Below are positions 15,861-25,867 of a stretch of 64,000 nt of DNA, in pieces. The notes below the pieces were generated by a model. It was given only the letters and a program-made list of their open reading frames with translations, was not told where the DNA came from and did no database searches. The DNA lies in assembly GCA_035527075.1 (NCBI GenBank), contig DATLBE010000007.1:463-64462 (forward strand). Reading direction: 5' to 3'. Source of the DNA: Nevskiaceae bacterium (GTDB lineage Bacteria > Patescibacteriota > Microgenomatia > PFEM01). The position numbers were made by a program, and so were the translations under genes. Positions within the stretch are counted from its first letter, which is position 1, and each line of letters begins with the position of its first letter.

Positions 15861-18512
15861 TTAAGGCATGATGCTTCCGGGCTGAACTTCGGCAATCAGC
15901 TTTGGCTGTAATGCCTTGTCCATCTTTTTGCTTTTTGCCGGCTGTCTTTTATAAGGAACGGTGTAAAGCTTTCTTGAAAGCTTAATGATTTGATTTTTTC
16001 TTTCGTTATTAAGGCTGGTTGTCACCGGAGTGGTTACTCCTGAAAATGGTTCTTCCGGGTTAAGGGCGCTTATTTTGATGTAAAAGTTAAATGAAGGAAG
16101 GCTGGCAATCTCGCCTTTTTCAATATAGGGCGAGAATTGGGGCAGAATCAGCCTTTCATCTTCCGGGTTCGCTGTCCGAAAACAAATGACTGTTCCGGTG
16201 TTGGCTAAGATGACATTAACCAAAGACTTATCCTTAAGCTGAGAAGTGGTCTGGTGAGCCATGACCGCATTTAGCCGGTATTTCCTGGCTTCTGATAAGA
16301 TTTCAGCAAAAGCAGTCGTGGCAAAGCTTTGAAATTCGTCAACGTAAAGATAAAAATCCTTCCTGTCTTTATCAGCAACCCTGGCTCTTTTTAAAGCCGC
16401 CAGCTGGATTTTAGTCATAATTAATATTCCGAAGACCTCTGAGGAGTCCTCGCCAATTCTGCCTTTAGAAACATTGCAAAGCAAGATTTTTCCGGACGAT
16501 AATATCTCGTCAAAGTTAATGCTTGATTTTTCCTGTTCTAAAATTCTTTTGGCTATTGGTGAAAAAAGAAAGCGGCCAATTTTATTGGTAATTGGAGATA
16601 TCATTTTTACCCTTTGGTAATTGCCGGCTTTGGCAAACTCATAACGCCAAAAATCTTTCAAGTCCTCATCATCCAATCCCCAGACAATTTTTTTACGATA
16701 AGTCGTGTCGATCAGCAGTTTGTAAATGGTAAATAAGGTTGGTTTTTCCGTGGTAAAAGCAGTATGGATGGTGTTTCTTAAAATATATTCCATTCTTGGT
16801 CCAGAATATCTTTCTGAGTAGATCTTGTGAAACAGGGAGATAATGCTTTCAGTCAAAAATTCTTTTTCCCTTAATGCATCGTCTTCATTCAGCCCTGGTG
16901 TTAGCTCCAGAAGGTTTAGGCCGATCGGATAGCTGACATCGTCCGGGTTAAAATAAATGACGTCACTGGCCCTGTCTTTGGGGATGGCAGGCAGTATTTT
17001 ATCAATCAAATCTCCATGAGGATCAATCACACATAATCCTTTCTTGTTTTTAATGTCCTGCAAAATCATGGACAAAAGCAAAGTCGATTTGCCGGTGCCG
17101 GTGGCACCAAGAACATACATATGTCTTCTTCTTTCATCTTGGGTTAAGCCGATTTTAGTGACAGTGCCGCCGTAAGTGTTTTTCGCAAAGATGACATCAA
17201 AATTATCAGTCTTTTTTAAGGAAAGCGGCGCTGGCAGTTGTTTGCTGTGTTGCTTGACCAAATCTTCAGTTTTGGTTTTAAGGGTAAAAGGCAGGTGGTA
17301 AATGTCGGCTACTTCCGAAGCTGATAGAACCGAATTACCAAACAAACCAAGCAGCCTGTTTTTAAATAAGTAAGCTTTAATTTTTTTAATTAAGTCTTGC
17401 TTAAAGTTGAAAAAAGTTACTAATGACTGATAGTTGGAGTTTCTAAAAGAAGACAAGGCGGAAATAAAGCCTCTGGTGCGTTTATTTTGTTTGCCGCGAT
17501 TACTGTTAACCACCAGAAGTCGCAAAGAAGTTTTAAAAAGCTGCTGGTCAAGTTTGTCTTTAATCAGTTTTTCAAGCTCTTTTTGATAAGCGTTGCTCGC
17601 TTTTTTATTTTTATCCAACCCTTCAAGATGCAAAAATGGCCCTTCCTTACCACCAGTTGCCAAAAATACCAAAAAGCCTACCGGTATTAGGAATACATAA
17701 AAGATAAGTCTTATTAATAATCTAAATAAATTAGCCAACTTATATTTTGCTTTCATATCTTTCAAACCGATTGCCAGGTCGCTTTTTGCTGAAATCAACC
17801 TAGTGATTGTTCTGGCTTGGTTTTTAAAGCGCCTGTTGACTGGAGAAGCGATAATTTGAAAGGATATCAGCTCGCCTTTATCCAGCTTGGTCATGTTGCC
17901 GGTGATATAGGCAATGGGATCGTGTTCTTTAAGCAGTTTTTGCTTTTTTAACGGATAGGCAAAGTGGCTTGATTGCTTAAAGTTAACGATTTTAAACTGC
18001 TCGCTTGTAAATTTTTTTGATAAATAATCATTAACCTGATTAATGCTAATCCCCGGAAGATAAGAAAGAAGGCTTTTTCTGACTAATTCAGCGTCTTCAC
18101 CATTTATTCTCAGTAAATACCTAATGCCCTCTTTTTTAGTGGAAACAATTTCAAAAGCATAGCTTTTATAGCTGTCAAAAAGTTTGTAGAAAAATGATCG
18201 TTGTTTGGCCAAGCCGTGAATGAGATTAAAAAGTTGCTGGGTGGAAAGAGGGCTTTGCAGGGTTTCTGTCAATGGTCTAATTTCAAATAAAATATACTTT
18301 TGTTTTAACTCCCATCTGATAAATAGTAGCCTCAATAATGTATAGACAATTAAAAGAAAAATAAATGTTAGAACTAAAGTTACTAGCAAATCGCTGAAAA
18401 AAGAAGTATCTAGAGATTTTAGGGCTCTGTTAAAGGAAAAGTCAGCTTGAAGAGGAGGCTCAAAAAAAAGGAAGCTTTTAATAAAATCTAGTGATTCACC
18501 AAAAATCCTCAT
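15861..18512 (-). CDS. Type IV secretion coupling protein (VirD4/TraD/TraG-like ATPase)
   Basis: 883 aa. Two N-terminal TM helices. Walker A LGATGTGKSTLL followed by CVIDPHGDL (TrwB/TraD hallmark). Walker B YLYVDEFQSF. Confidence 0.7.
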   Translation of the reverse strand: MRIFGESLDFIKSFLFFEPPLQADFSFNRALKSLDTSFFSDLLVTLVLTFIFLLIVYTLLRLLFIRWELKQKYILFEIRPLTETLQSPLSTQQLFNLIHGLAKQRSFFYKLFDSYKSYAFEIVSTKKEGIRYLLRINGEDAELVRKSLLSYLPGISINQVNDYLSKKFTSEQFKIVNFKQSSHFAYPLKKQKLLKEHDPIAYITGNMTKLDKGELISFQIIASPVNRRFKNQARTITRLISAKSDLAIGLKDMKAKYKLANLFRLLIRLIFYVFLIPVGFLVFLATGGKEGPFLHLEGLDKNKKASNAYQKELEKLIKDKLDQQLFKTSLRLLVVNSNRGKQNKRTRGFISALSSFRNSNYQSLVTFFNFKQDLIKKIKAYLFKNRLLGLFGNSVLSASEVADIYHLPFTLKTKTEDLVKQHSKQLPAPLSLKKTDNFDVIFAKNTYGGTVTKIGLTQDERRRHMYVLGATGTGKSTLLLSMILQDIKNKKGLCVIDPHGDLIDKILPAIPKDRASDVIYFNPDDVSYPIGLNLLELTPGLNEDDALREKEFLTESIISLFHKIYSERYSGPRMEYILRNTIHTAFTTEKPTLFTIYKLLIDTTYRKKIVWGLDDEDLKDFWRYEFAKAGNYQRVKMISPITNKIGRFLFSPIAKRILEQEKSSINFDEILSSGKILLCNVSKGRIGEDSSEVFGILIMTKIQLAALKRARVADKDRKDFYLYVDEFQSFATTAFAEILSEARKYRLNAVMAHQTTSQLKDKSLVNVILANTGTVICFRTANPEDERLILPQFSPYIEKGEIASLPSFNFYIKISALNPEEPFSGVTTPVTTSLNNERKNQIIKLSRKLYTVPYKRQPAKSKKMDKALQPKLIAEVQPGSIMP

Positions 18513-18587
18513 AATTTACCTTTTTGGGCAGTATTATGAGGCAGGATTAGTTATTAGTATACTACATGGAATAAAGAATCGAAACAC

Positions 18588-18809
18588 CTATTCATTTCTT
18601 GCATGACAAGGCTGCTTTCTTTTTTTTAAAATTTTAATATTCAAATAAAAGTTAACCAACGAAAGGGTAATTAATATTGCTAACAAAGCGATAAGAAGCT
18701 GCCCAAGTTCGGTGCAATAAATTACAGTTTTGGGTCGAATAAGAAAATACAGACCCAGCCCTGAGAGAATTACACCGACGCAAAGCAGTTTCAATGTCAA
18801 CCTACTCAT
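18588..18809 (-). CDS. Small two-TM membrane protein, hypothetical
   Basis: 73 aa with two hydrophobic helices. Confidence 0.35.
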   Translation of the reverse strand: MSRLTLKLLCVGVILSGLGLYFLIRPKTVIYCTELGQLLIALLAILITLSLVNFYLNIKILKKRKQPCHARNE

Positions 18810-18846
18810 TTTGATATTGACTTTGGAAGGAATTATCTTTTTTAGG

Positions 18847-19260
18847 TTATAAACTTTCGAAAAATACTATAAGCGCCTGAGTTCTGTCTTCCAGAAACCG
18901 TCTTGTTTCTTCTTCCTTCTCCCCTTTTTTTTCATTGGGTTGAGAAAATTCAGGAAGATGCCAGCAGTATGGGTTGTATCTCCTCACTATAGGATCTTGA
19001 TGTTTTGAAGAATCAATACAAGGGCCCAAAACCTCTTCCAAAACTTTCCGTTTTTCACGCATTTTCTGCTGAATTTTCTGCCTTAAAGCATGATTTGCAT
19101 GGGCAGCTCTCCATGCCTGACCCACTTGCCCAAGCAACCCATAAGAGTTTATTTTGTTCTCTCTAAAATCTTTAAGAGCACTCTCAAATTCACTGACTAC
19201 TTCCTCTTTCAGCAAAGTATGCTTTTCTAAAGTTGTGTTTCCTTTTCCTCTTTCTGTCAT
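18847..19260 (-). CDS. Hypothetical protein adjacent to tRNA-Val
   Basis: 137-aa charged, helical ORF. No family recognised. Confidence 0.4.
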   Translation of the reverse strand: MTERGKGNTTLEKHTLLKEEVVSEFESALKDFRENKINSYGLLGQVGQAWRAAHANHALRQKIQQKMREKRKVLEEVLGPCIDSSKHQDPIVRRYNPYCWHLPEFSQPNEKKGEKEEETRRFLEDRTQALIVFFESL

Positions 19261-19295
19261 TTTTGTTCTCCAAAAAGTCTTTTTATCACTTTGGG

Positions 19296-19369
19296 TGGTC
19301 GTGCCTGGATTCGAACCAGGGGCCTCTTCGATGTGAACGAAGCACTCTAACCGGCTGAGCTACACGACC
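19296..19369 (-). tRNA. tRNA-Val (anticodon CAC)
   Basis: The reverse complement folds as a cloverleaf: acceptor GGTCGTG/CACGACC, D-arm GCTC-AGCCGGTTA-GAGT, anticodon arm CTTCG-TTCACAT-CGAAG (anticodon CAC), T-arm CCTGG-TTCGAAT-CCAGG, discriminator A. CCA is not encoded. Confidence 0.85.
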
Positions 19370-19424
19370 AGCCTCTACTATTTTAACAATTTTACCCTTT
19401 ACAATCAATAAACTTGAGACTAAA

Positions 19425-20006
19425 ATGTTTAATGTGAGGCTTTTTCGGAAAATTGGTTCATTTTTTTTGGATTTAGTGGAGACGGTTGTCATGGCGATGG
19501 CTGTCTTTGTGATTATCTACCTCTTTTTGTTTCAGCCGCACCAAGTCAGAGGCAGTTCAATGTTTCCCAGCTTCCATGATGGAGAATATATTTTAACTGA
19601 TAAAATCTCTTACCGTTTAAAAGATCCCAAAAGAGGTGATGTCGTTATCTTCCGAGCCCCTCGCAACGAAGAATATGACTATATTAAAAGAATTGTTGGT
19701 TTACCAGACGATACTTTTAAAATTGAAAATGGAAAAATCTTCGTCAACAATAATCCTCTTAACGAAATTTACTTACCTACAAATCATGCTACTCTCCCTG
19801 GAAAATTCCATAAAGAAGGTGAAACCTTTGTCATTCCCAAAGACCAGTATTTTGTCTTAGGTGATAACCGCAGTCACAGTTCAGACTCAAGGGAATGGGG
19901 CTTGGTACCAAAAGAAAACATTGTCGGTAAAGCCTGGCTCCGTTATTGGCCAACAAACCGCTTCGGAATCATTCCAGAAGTTGCCTTTCAGTTTACTTAC
20001 TTGTAA
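19425..20006 (+). CDS. lepB: Signal peptidase I (S26 family)
   Basis: N-terminal TM, catalytic Ser motif (GSSMFPSF), Lys box (KRIVGLPDD) and GDNRSHSSDSREWG motif. Confidence 0.9.
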   Translation: MFNVRLFRKIGSFFLDLVETVVMAMAVFVIIYLFLFQPHQVRGSSMFPSFHDGEYILTDKISYRLKDPKRGDVVIFRAPRNEEYDYIKRIVGLPDDTFKIENGKIFVNNNPLNEIYLPTNHATLPGKFHKEGETFVIPKDQYFVLGDNRSHSSDSREWGLVPKENIVGKAWLRYWPTNRFGIIPEVAFQFTYL

Positions 20007-20820
20007 TGTTTTTGTAAATTTTCTGAAGTCTTTCCTCTGTATCAATTAAACTACCCTTGAGAACAATTAAAATTTTGGTTTGGATCCGCGAGCGGATTAA
20101 TTTAACGCCTACTGAATCATCATCACCTAAGGCTTGAGTTAGTTTTCTTGCCATTTGGTCGATTTCATCAGAAACAACTGTTGCTGATCTTACCCCAGCA
20201 GGGTGCAAAGGCTGACCAGCTTTCTTTTTCATTCGCCGAGCCACATCTTCAGTCCGCCTCACTGAGGCCTTCTCACGAAGAATAATTTTGTAAGCATCAA
20301 CCATCAGTTTTGGATTTTGAATGGCGGCCAAAGCTCGAGCATGACCTTCGCTGATTAAACCTGATAAAAGACCATCTTTTAACGCATCAGGTAAACTGAG
20401 GAGCTTGATTGAATTTGAAATGTAGGCAGGGCTTTTGCTTATTCTTTTGGCAATTTCCTTGTTGGTTAAACTAAATTCCTCCATTAACCGAATAAAAGCT
20501 TGGGCTCGTTCAAGGGGATTTAAATCTTCACGCTGAACATTTTCTACCAGTGCCATCTCCAGCATTCCTCGCGGCGAAGTTTCCCTAATAATTGTCGGTA
20601 CAGTTTTTAAACCAGCCAGTTTGGCCGCTCGCCAACGTCGCTCCCCAGCAATAATTTGATAACCAGCTGGCGTCTTAGCCACCATCAACGGTTCCAAAAT
20701 GCCATGTTCCTTAATTGATTCAACTAAATCAACCAAAGACTCAGACGTAATTAAACCTCTTGGCTGGAGAGGGTTAGCTTGAAGTGAACTAATTTCTATT
20801 TCTACAACTTGCTGAACCAT
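19993..20820 (-). CDS. parB: ParB/Spo0J-family partition or nucleoid-associated protein
   Basis: ParB N-terminal box (GERRWRAAKLAGL), a central HTH and a dimerisation tail. No adjacent parA. Confidence 0.85.
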   Translation of the reverse strand: MVQQVVEIEISSLQANPLQPRGLITSESLVDLVESIKEHGILEPLMVAKTPAGYQIIAGERRWRAAKLAGLKTVPTIIRETSPRGMLEMALVENVQREDLNPLERAQAFIRLMEEFSLTNKEIAKRISKSPAYISNSIKLLSLPDALKDGLLSGLISEGHARALAAIQNPKLMVDAYKIILREKASVRRTEDVARRMKKKAGQPLHPAGVRSATVVSDEIDQMARKLTQALGDDDSVGVKLIRSRIQTKILIVLKGSLIDTEERLQKIYKNITSK

Positions 20821-20823
20821 ATC

Positions 20824-21075
20824 TCAACGGGGAGAAATAGTAACTATTTTTTTGCCAAAACGTCTTTTAAACTGAACAATACCATCACGTAAAGCGAATA
20901 AAGTGAAATCGCGGCCCATACCCACGCCTGTTCCTGGATGAAATTTTGTTCCCCGCTGGCGAAGAATAATGTTACCTAGTTTTACCTTTTGGTCTCCGTA
21001 AATTTTCAGGCCCAACCTTTTTCCTGGCCGGGGACTTTGCTGTCTGGTTTTACCACTCGCCTTTGTTTTTGCCAT
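20824..21075 (-). CDS. rpmA: 50S ribosomal protein L27
   Basis: [13 protein letters not shown]...[24 protein letters not shown] matches the L27 consensus. No N-terminal propeptide. Confidence 0.9.
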   Translation of the reverse strand: MAKTKASGKTRQQSPRPGKRLGLKIYGDQKVKLGNIILRQRGTKFHPGTGVGMGRDFTLFALRDGIVQFKRRFGKKIVTISPR

Positions 21076-21149
21076 CTTAAATCTATAATAACAAACTTTT
21101 CACGAATGTCAACCACAAATTTTATAAATTCTTTGCTAAAGCTCTTTCT

Positions 21150-21368
21150 TTATAGTCGTTCTATTCCTCTTCCTCTTAAAATCTCTCTAAGTCTCCTCAA
21201 TTCTTTAAGTTCCCCTAATTCTTTCACTGTTACGGCTCCATGACTAGTTTGAGTAAAACCAACAGCAAGATCACAATTCGGACATCCAGCCCCATCCCAA
21301 AGAGTTCTGCGCGTAATAACACCACAGTCCAGGCATCGTCGATTGCGCTTCGGTATTCTTTTAGGCAT
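21150..21368 (-). CDS. Putative C4 zinc-ribbon small protein between rplU and rpmA
   Basis: CLDCG...CPNC pairs. The position corresponds to where Firmicutes carry prp. The ORF sits in low-complexity sequence, so it is uncertain. Confidence 0.3.
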   Translation of the reverse strand: MPKRIPKRNRRCLDCGVITRRTLWDGAGCPNCDLAVGFTQTSHGAVTVKELGELKELRRLREILRGRGIERL

Positions 21369-21402
21369 TTACTTAATATTGTACCAAGACTATGGGTTGT
21401 TC

Positions 21403-21747
21403 TCAAGGAGACTTTTGGATTTTGGTTCGCGAAGCAGTAATTTTTTCGATTTTTATCTTAGTTAACAAGGGTCGGAAACCTTTAACGCGGCGGTAACGGG
21501 ATTTGGCTTTATAGGTAGCCACTCGAATTTTTTTACCCTTAAATTGTTCTAAAATTTTAGCTTCAATTTGGACGCCTTTGACCAAAGGTTGGCCAACACT
21601 AACTTTTTCACCGTCAATTAAAAGCAAAACCTGGTTAAAAGTTAACTTGCTTCCCTTTTTGCCTTCAATTTTGTCAACATCAATTTCATCACCCTCAGCG
21701 ACTTTATATTGAGAGCTACCGATTTTAATGACAGTGAACTTAGACAT
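21403..21747 (-). CDS. rplU: 50S ribosomal protein L21
   Basis: YKVAEGDEIDVDKIEG...KIRVATYKAKSRYRRVKGFR matches L21. Confidence 0.9.
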   Translation of the reverse strand: MSKFTVIKIGSSQYKVAEGDEIDVDKIEGKKGSKLTFNQVLLLIDGEKVSVGQPLVKGVQIEAKILEQFKGKKIRVATYKAKSRYRRVKGFRPLLTKIKIEKITASRTKIQKSP

Positions 21748-21770
21748 AGGACCTCATTATACTATCAAAC

Positions 21771-22847
21771 TCATCTAATCTCAATGATTTTTTCTCTTCC
21801 TTTTTGTTTGGCAATATTTTGGACAATCCCCAAACAAATCATCGTTGCCAACACAGAGCTACCCCCATAGGAAACAAGAGGCAAAGGAATACCGGTAACT
21901 GGCAGTAGGCCTAAATTGATAGCAATGTTGATAAAAATTTGGCTAAAAAGTAAACCAAAACAACCCACGCAAAACAAAAAACCAAAATTGTCCTTGCTTT
22001 TTTGGCTAATTGCTAAAATCCGCCAAAGCAGAAACCCAAAAGCCAAAATCAAAAAAACAGCGCCAAGAAAACCCAATTCTTCAGCCAGTGAAGCAAAAAT
22101 AAAATCCGTATGTCTTTCTGGCAAAAACTTAAGATGCGACTGAGTTCCCTTCCCCAGCCCTTTACCAAAAAATTGGCCAGAACCAACCGCTATCTTAGCT
22201 TGAATTAGATTATAACCGGTCCCTAAAGGGTCATTTAAAGGATTAAGAAAGCTTAAAATACGCAGACGTTGGTAATTTTTTAAAAAACGCCAAACTAAAG
22301 GCGGTAAAAAAAGGAACAAAATGCCTCCTAAAAGCAAAAAATGCCAGGTAATTCCAGCCGCCAAGACTATCCCTACCCAAGAGAAAATCATAACCAAAGT
22401 GCTGCCAAAATCTGGCTGAGAAAAAATTAAAAAAACTGGTATGAGCAAAAATAAAAACCCAATCACCATCTTTTTGCCTTTTACTTTTGGAGAACAAAAA
22501 AAATATGAAAAAAAGAGAATTAAAAACGGCTTGACTAACTCAGAAGGCTGGATAGTCAACGAGCCAATTTGCACCCAACGAAGCGTTCCTCGGGTAATCT
22601 CACCAAAAACAAGCGGCAAAAGAAGAAAAATTAAAGAAAGGCCAAAAAGCAGAGGCGAAATTTTAATATAAACTCGGTAATCTAATTGGCTAAAAATAAA
22701 GAAAAAAATCAGGGCCAAAAAAAGATGGGTTAGATGTTGAGTTAAAAAAGAAGAAGCCACGCTAGCCACCATCACGCTTCCAAAAATTGAAATTACCAAA
22801 GTAGCTATTAATAAAGGCCAATCAAAGTTTGAGAAAATTTTTTTCAT
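21771..22847 (-). CDS. rodA: SEDS family peptidoglycan glycosyltransferase, likely RodA
   Basis: 10-TM protein with the SEDS motifs (FLPERHTDFIFA, LPVTGIPLPLVSYGGSS). A second SEDS gene sits inside the dcw cluster, so this one is called RodA. Confidence 0.8.
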   Translation of the reverse strand: MKKIFSNFDWPLLIATLVISIFGSVMVASVASSFLTQHLTHLFLALIFFFIFSQLDYRVYIKISPLLFGLSLIFLLLPLVFGEITRGTLRWVQIGSLTIQPSELVKPFLILFFSYFFCSPKVKGKKMVIGFLFLLIPVFLIFSQPDFGSTLVMIFSWVGIVLAAGITWHFLLLGGILFLFLPPLVWRFLKNYQRLRILSFLNPLNDPLGTGYNLIQAKIAVGSGQFFGKGLGKGTQSHLKFLPERHTDFIFASLAEELGFLGAVFLILAFGFLLWRILAISQKSKDNFGFLFCVGCFGLLFSQIFINIAINLGLLPVTGIPLPLVSYGGSSVLATMICLGIVQNIAKQKGREKIIEIR

Positions 22848-22849
22848 TG

Positions 22850-25771
22850 TTAAGCAGTCGTGATTTTTAAATTCTTGCCTGGAGAAAGTTTAACAGCCAG
22901 AACTTTTTGTTTCAGAAATTGCCTTAATTTACTTTGTTTGGGAAATTTTGGCCCAAAAACAATTATCTTTTGGCCAAGTCGACAACCAGCTTTCTTACGC
23001 AACTCCTGAATTTGACGAACCATTTCTCTAACCTCCCCTTCGGCTTTAAGTTGAGGGGTGATTTTCGTTTCAAGTTCAACAGTAAGTTCATCTTTACTTT
23101 GAGTAAATTCAACTTCCTTGACATTTAACTCCTGTTTAATTAATTGAACCAATTCACCATCTAATTTTAAGATTGTTTTAGCTTTCACTTTAATTAATTG
23201 AAGTGGCTGGCGAACTTTAATCTTCGCTTTTTTCCTGGCCGCGTGTCCTAATTCACAAATCTTCCGCACCTTTTCCATCTGCTTAAGTAATTTTGTATCC
23301 AAAACTTTAAGATTGCTCACTTCAGGCCAAGCCTCCAAATGAACCGATTTGCCACCGACTAAATTTTTGTAAATCTCCTCAGTTAAAAAGGGAATAAAAG
23401 GAGCAAGAGTTCGTGATAAAACTACTAAAACAGTATAAAGAGTACTTAGGGTTAATTCTTGGTCTTTTTTGTCTAACACGGTTGGCCCCACTCGGCCCCG
23501 AGAAAGACGAACATACCAAGTGGATAAATCATGAACCAAATTTTCAATCTCTTTAATGGCCGACACCGTATTAAAATCATCCAAACTTTCAGTCACTTTA
23601 ATAATAGTTTGGTCCAATCGAGTAAGAATCCATAAATCTAATTTTGCTGGTTTTGAGGGTAGGGAGTTTTTTGGCTGCCAACAAACAACGTTAGCATAGG
23701 TCACCAGAAAGTTATAAACGTTCCATAAAGTCAAATGAAATCGGCGTCTGACTTTATCACCGACTTTAAAACCAAAATTCAAATTTATTCTGGGATTTTG
23801 GGTTAAATACACCCAGCGCATCACATCCACACCCATTTTTTCAGCCGCTTCATTAAATTCGATTGCGTTTCCCTTTGACTTGTGCATTTCTTCTCCTTTT
23901 TCATCTCGCACCAAAGCATGGGCCAAAACAGCTCGGTATGGTTCCTTATTTTCTAAAACAGTGCCCATGGCAATTAGAGAATAAAACCAATTTTTAAATT
24001 GACCATGAAAGTTTTCGGTAATAAAGTCAGCCGGAAACCATTCCTGCCAATACTTTTTGTCCGTCATATAACTGACTTTCTTTGTTTCAGGATCAATGAA
24101 AGTGGAAAATGGCACAATACCGGCGTCGAGCCAAGGATTGCCGACGTCAGGAGCCCGAGAGACTAATTTGCCACACTCCGGGCACTTAATTTTGATTTTA
24201 TCCACCCAAGGCCGATGAGGTGAATGCCCTTCAAATTTCTGCCAACCTCCAACTGCCTTTTTTTTCAGCTCCTCTTTTGAGCCAATGATTTCAAAATGGC
24301 CGCAGGAACATTCCCAAATCGGTAAGGCCAAGCCCCAGTAGCGTTTTTTACTAATTAACCAGTCATCCATATTCTTTAACCAGTCTAGTTCTCTTTTTAA
24401 ACCAAATTCAGGCAGCCAACGGATCTTCTTGGCCACTTCAGCCATTTTTTCTCGCAGGACTCGGCTACTCCAGCCTTTTTTTCCTTGTTTGACACCCATT
24501 CTGATATACCATTCATCCACCACCCGCCAAACAAGTTCAGTTTTACAACGCCAACAAACCGGATAACGGTGAGTATAAGGTTCAATTTTAAACAAAAATC
24601 TGCCGTTGTCTTTTTTCTTTAAAAAGTTAAAAATTAATTCCGGCTTGTTTTTGGCATTTTTGCCAGTTAAATGATTAAAACCGGCAAGATAATTGGCTCC
24701 TTCATCAATGGCTGAAATGACGGGTAAATTTTCTTTTTTACCCAATTGAAAGTCTTCCTGGCCAGCTCCAGGCGCCAGATGAACAATTCCTGTACCTTCA
24801 GTGGCCGTGACCAAGTCTTTATCAAGAACAACAGTATGAAACGTTTTGGGGTTTTCCTTCTGGGCTTTTTGAACTCGTGGCAATTCATCAAAAGGACCTT
24901 CATATCGCCAGCCTTTCAACTTCTTTCCTTGATGTTCCTCAATTTGTTGCCATTCTTTCTGTAAAATTTTATTTTTTAAGTCTTTAAGAAAAATCAAAAC
25001 TTCATCACTCCCTTTTTTCTTAAAAGCCCCGTAAATAAAATCAGGATTAACGGCTAAAGCGACGTTAGCAGGAATAGTCCAAGGTGTGGTTGTCCAAATC
25101 AAAAAATATTCATTTTTTCTGTTTTTAATAGGTAATTTGAAAAAAACTGAATCATGAGTAATTTTTTTGTACTCTTCGGTTAAAATTTCGTGTTGGGAGA
25201 TGGCTGTGCCGCAACGCGGACACCAAGGGACTGAATCTCGACCTTTGTAAAGCCAGCCGTTTTGATGGCACTTTTTTAAAAAATGCCAAATCATGTAATT
25301 ATTTTCATCACTCATGGTGTAGTATGAATTGTCCCAATCCATAAAATACCCAAGTCGCTTTGATTGCTCGGTTTGGACTTGAGCAAATTTTAAAGTACGC
25401 TGTTTACATTTTTTGACAAATTTATCAATGCCATATTTCTCAATATCTTTTTTGTCCTTAAAGCCAAGTTCTTTCTCGACTTCTACCTCCACCCACAGTC
25501 CCTGATTGTCAAAGCCATTTTGAAAGCGTTGTTTAAAACCGCGCATGTTTTTATACCGCTGGAAGCAATCTTTAAGAGTCCTTCCCCAAGCATGGTGAAC
25601 GCCCATGGGGTTGTTAGCCGTAATCGGGCCATCCAAAAAAGAAAAGCGGACTTTGGCGTCTTTATTCCTCTGAAGATATTTTTTAACTACACCTGATTGA
25701 TACCACCATTTCAAAAGCTTTTTTTCAAACTTAACAAAATCAGGTTTAGCAGTCGTTGGTTTGAAAGCCAT
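22850..25771 (-). CDS. ileS: Isoleucyl-tRNA synthetase
   Basis: Class I aaRS with a HIGH-region variant (GVHHAWG), KMSKS-like HKSKGN, editing-domain insert and a CWRCKT zinc motif typical of IleS. Confidence 0.8.
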   Translation of the reverse strand: MAFKPTTAKPDFVKFEKKLLKWWYQSGVVKKYLQRNKDAKVRFSFLDGPITANNPMGVHHAWGRTLKDCFQRYKNMRGFKQRFQNGFDNQGLWVEVEVEKELGFKDKKDIEKYGIDKFVKKCKQRTLKFAQVQTEQSKRLGYFMDWDNSYYTMSDENNYMIWHFLKKCHQNGWLYKGRDSVPWCPRCGTAISQHEILTEEYKKITHDSVFFKLPIKNRKNEYFLIWTTTPWTIPANVALAVNPDFIYGAFKKKGSDEVLIFLKDLKNKILQKEWQQIEEHQGKKLKGWRYEGPFDELPRVQKAQKENPKTFHTVVLDKDLVTATEGTGIVHLAPGAGQEDFQLGKKENLPVISAIDEGANYLAGFNHLTGKNAKNKPELIFNFLKKKDNGRFLFKIEPYTHRYPVCWRCKTELVWRVVDEWYIRMGVKQGKKGWSSRVLREKMAEVAKKIRWLPEFGLKRELDWLKNMDDWLISKKRYWGLALPIWECSCGHFEIIGSKEELKKKAVGGWQKFEGHSPHRPWVDKIKIKCPECGKLVSRAPDVGNPWLDAGIVPFSTFIDPETKKVSYMTDKKYWQEWFPADFITENFHGQFKNWFYSLIAMGTVLENKEPYRAVLAHALVRDEKGEEMHKSKGNAIEFNEAAEKMGVDVMRWVYLTQNPRINLNFGFKVGDKVRRRFHLTLWNVYNFLVTYANVVCWQPKNSLPSKPAKLDLWILTRLDQTIIKVTESLDDFNTVSAIKEIENLVHDLSTWYVRLSRGRVGPTVLDKKDQELTLSTLYTVLVVLSRTLAPFIPFLTEEIYKNLVGGKSVHLEAWPEVSNLKVLDTKLLKQMEKVRKICELGHAARKKAKIKVRQPLQLIKVKAKTILKLDGELVQLIKQELNVKEVEFTQSKDELTVELETKITPQLKAEGEVREMVRQIQELRKKAGCRLGQKIIVFGPKFPKQSKLRQFLKQKVLAVKLSPGKNLKITTA

Positions 25772-25867
25772 GGTTCTATTCTACAAAAAATCATCCTTAA
25801 CTTAAAGGACGATTTTTCTTAAAGCAAATTTGGTTAGTTTTATATCTTATAGTATAATAAGCCCGCT

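Noticed and set aside
19286-19492. 68-aa minus-strand ORF overlapping tRNA-Val
   Set aside because: It overlaps a well-folding tRNA gene and the lepB start region. The translation is low complexity. Spurious.
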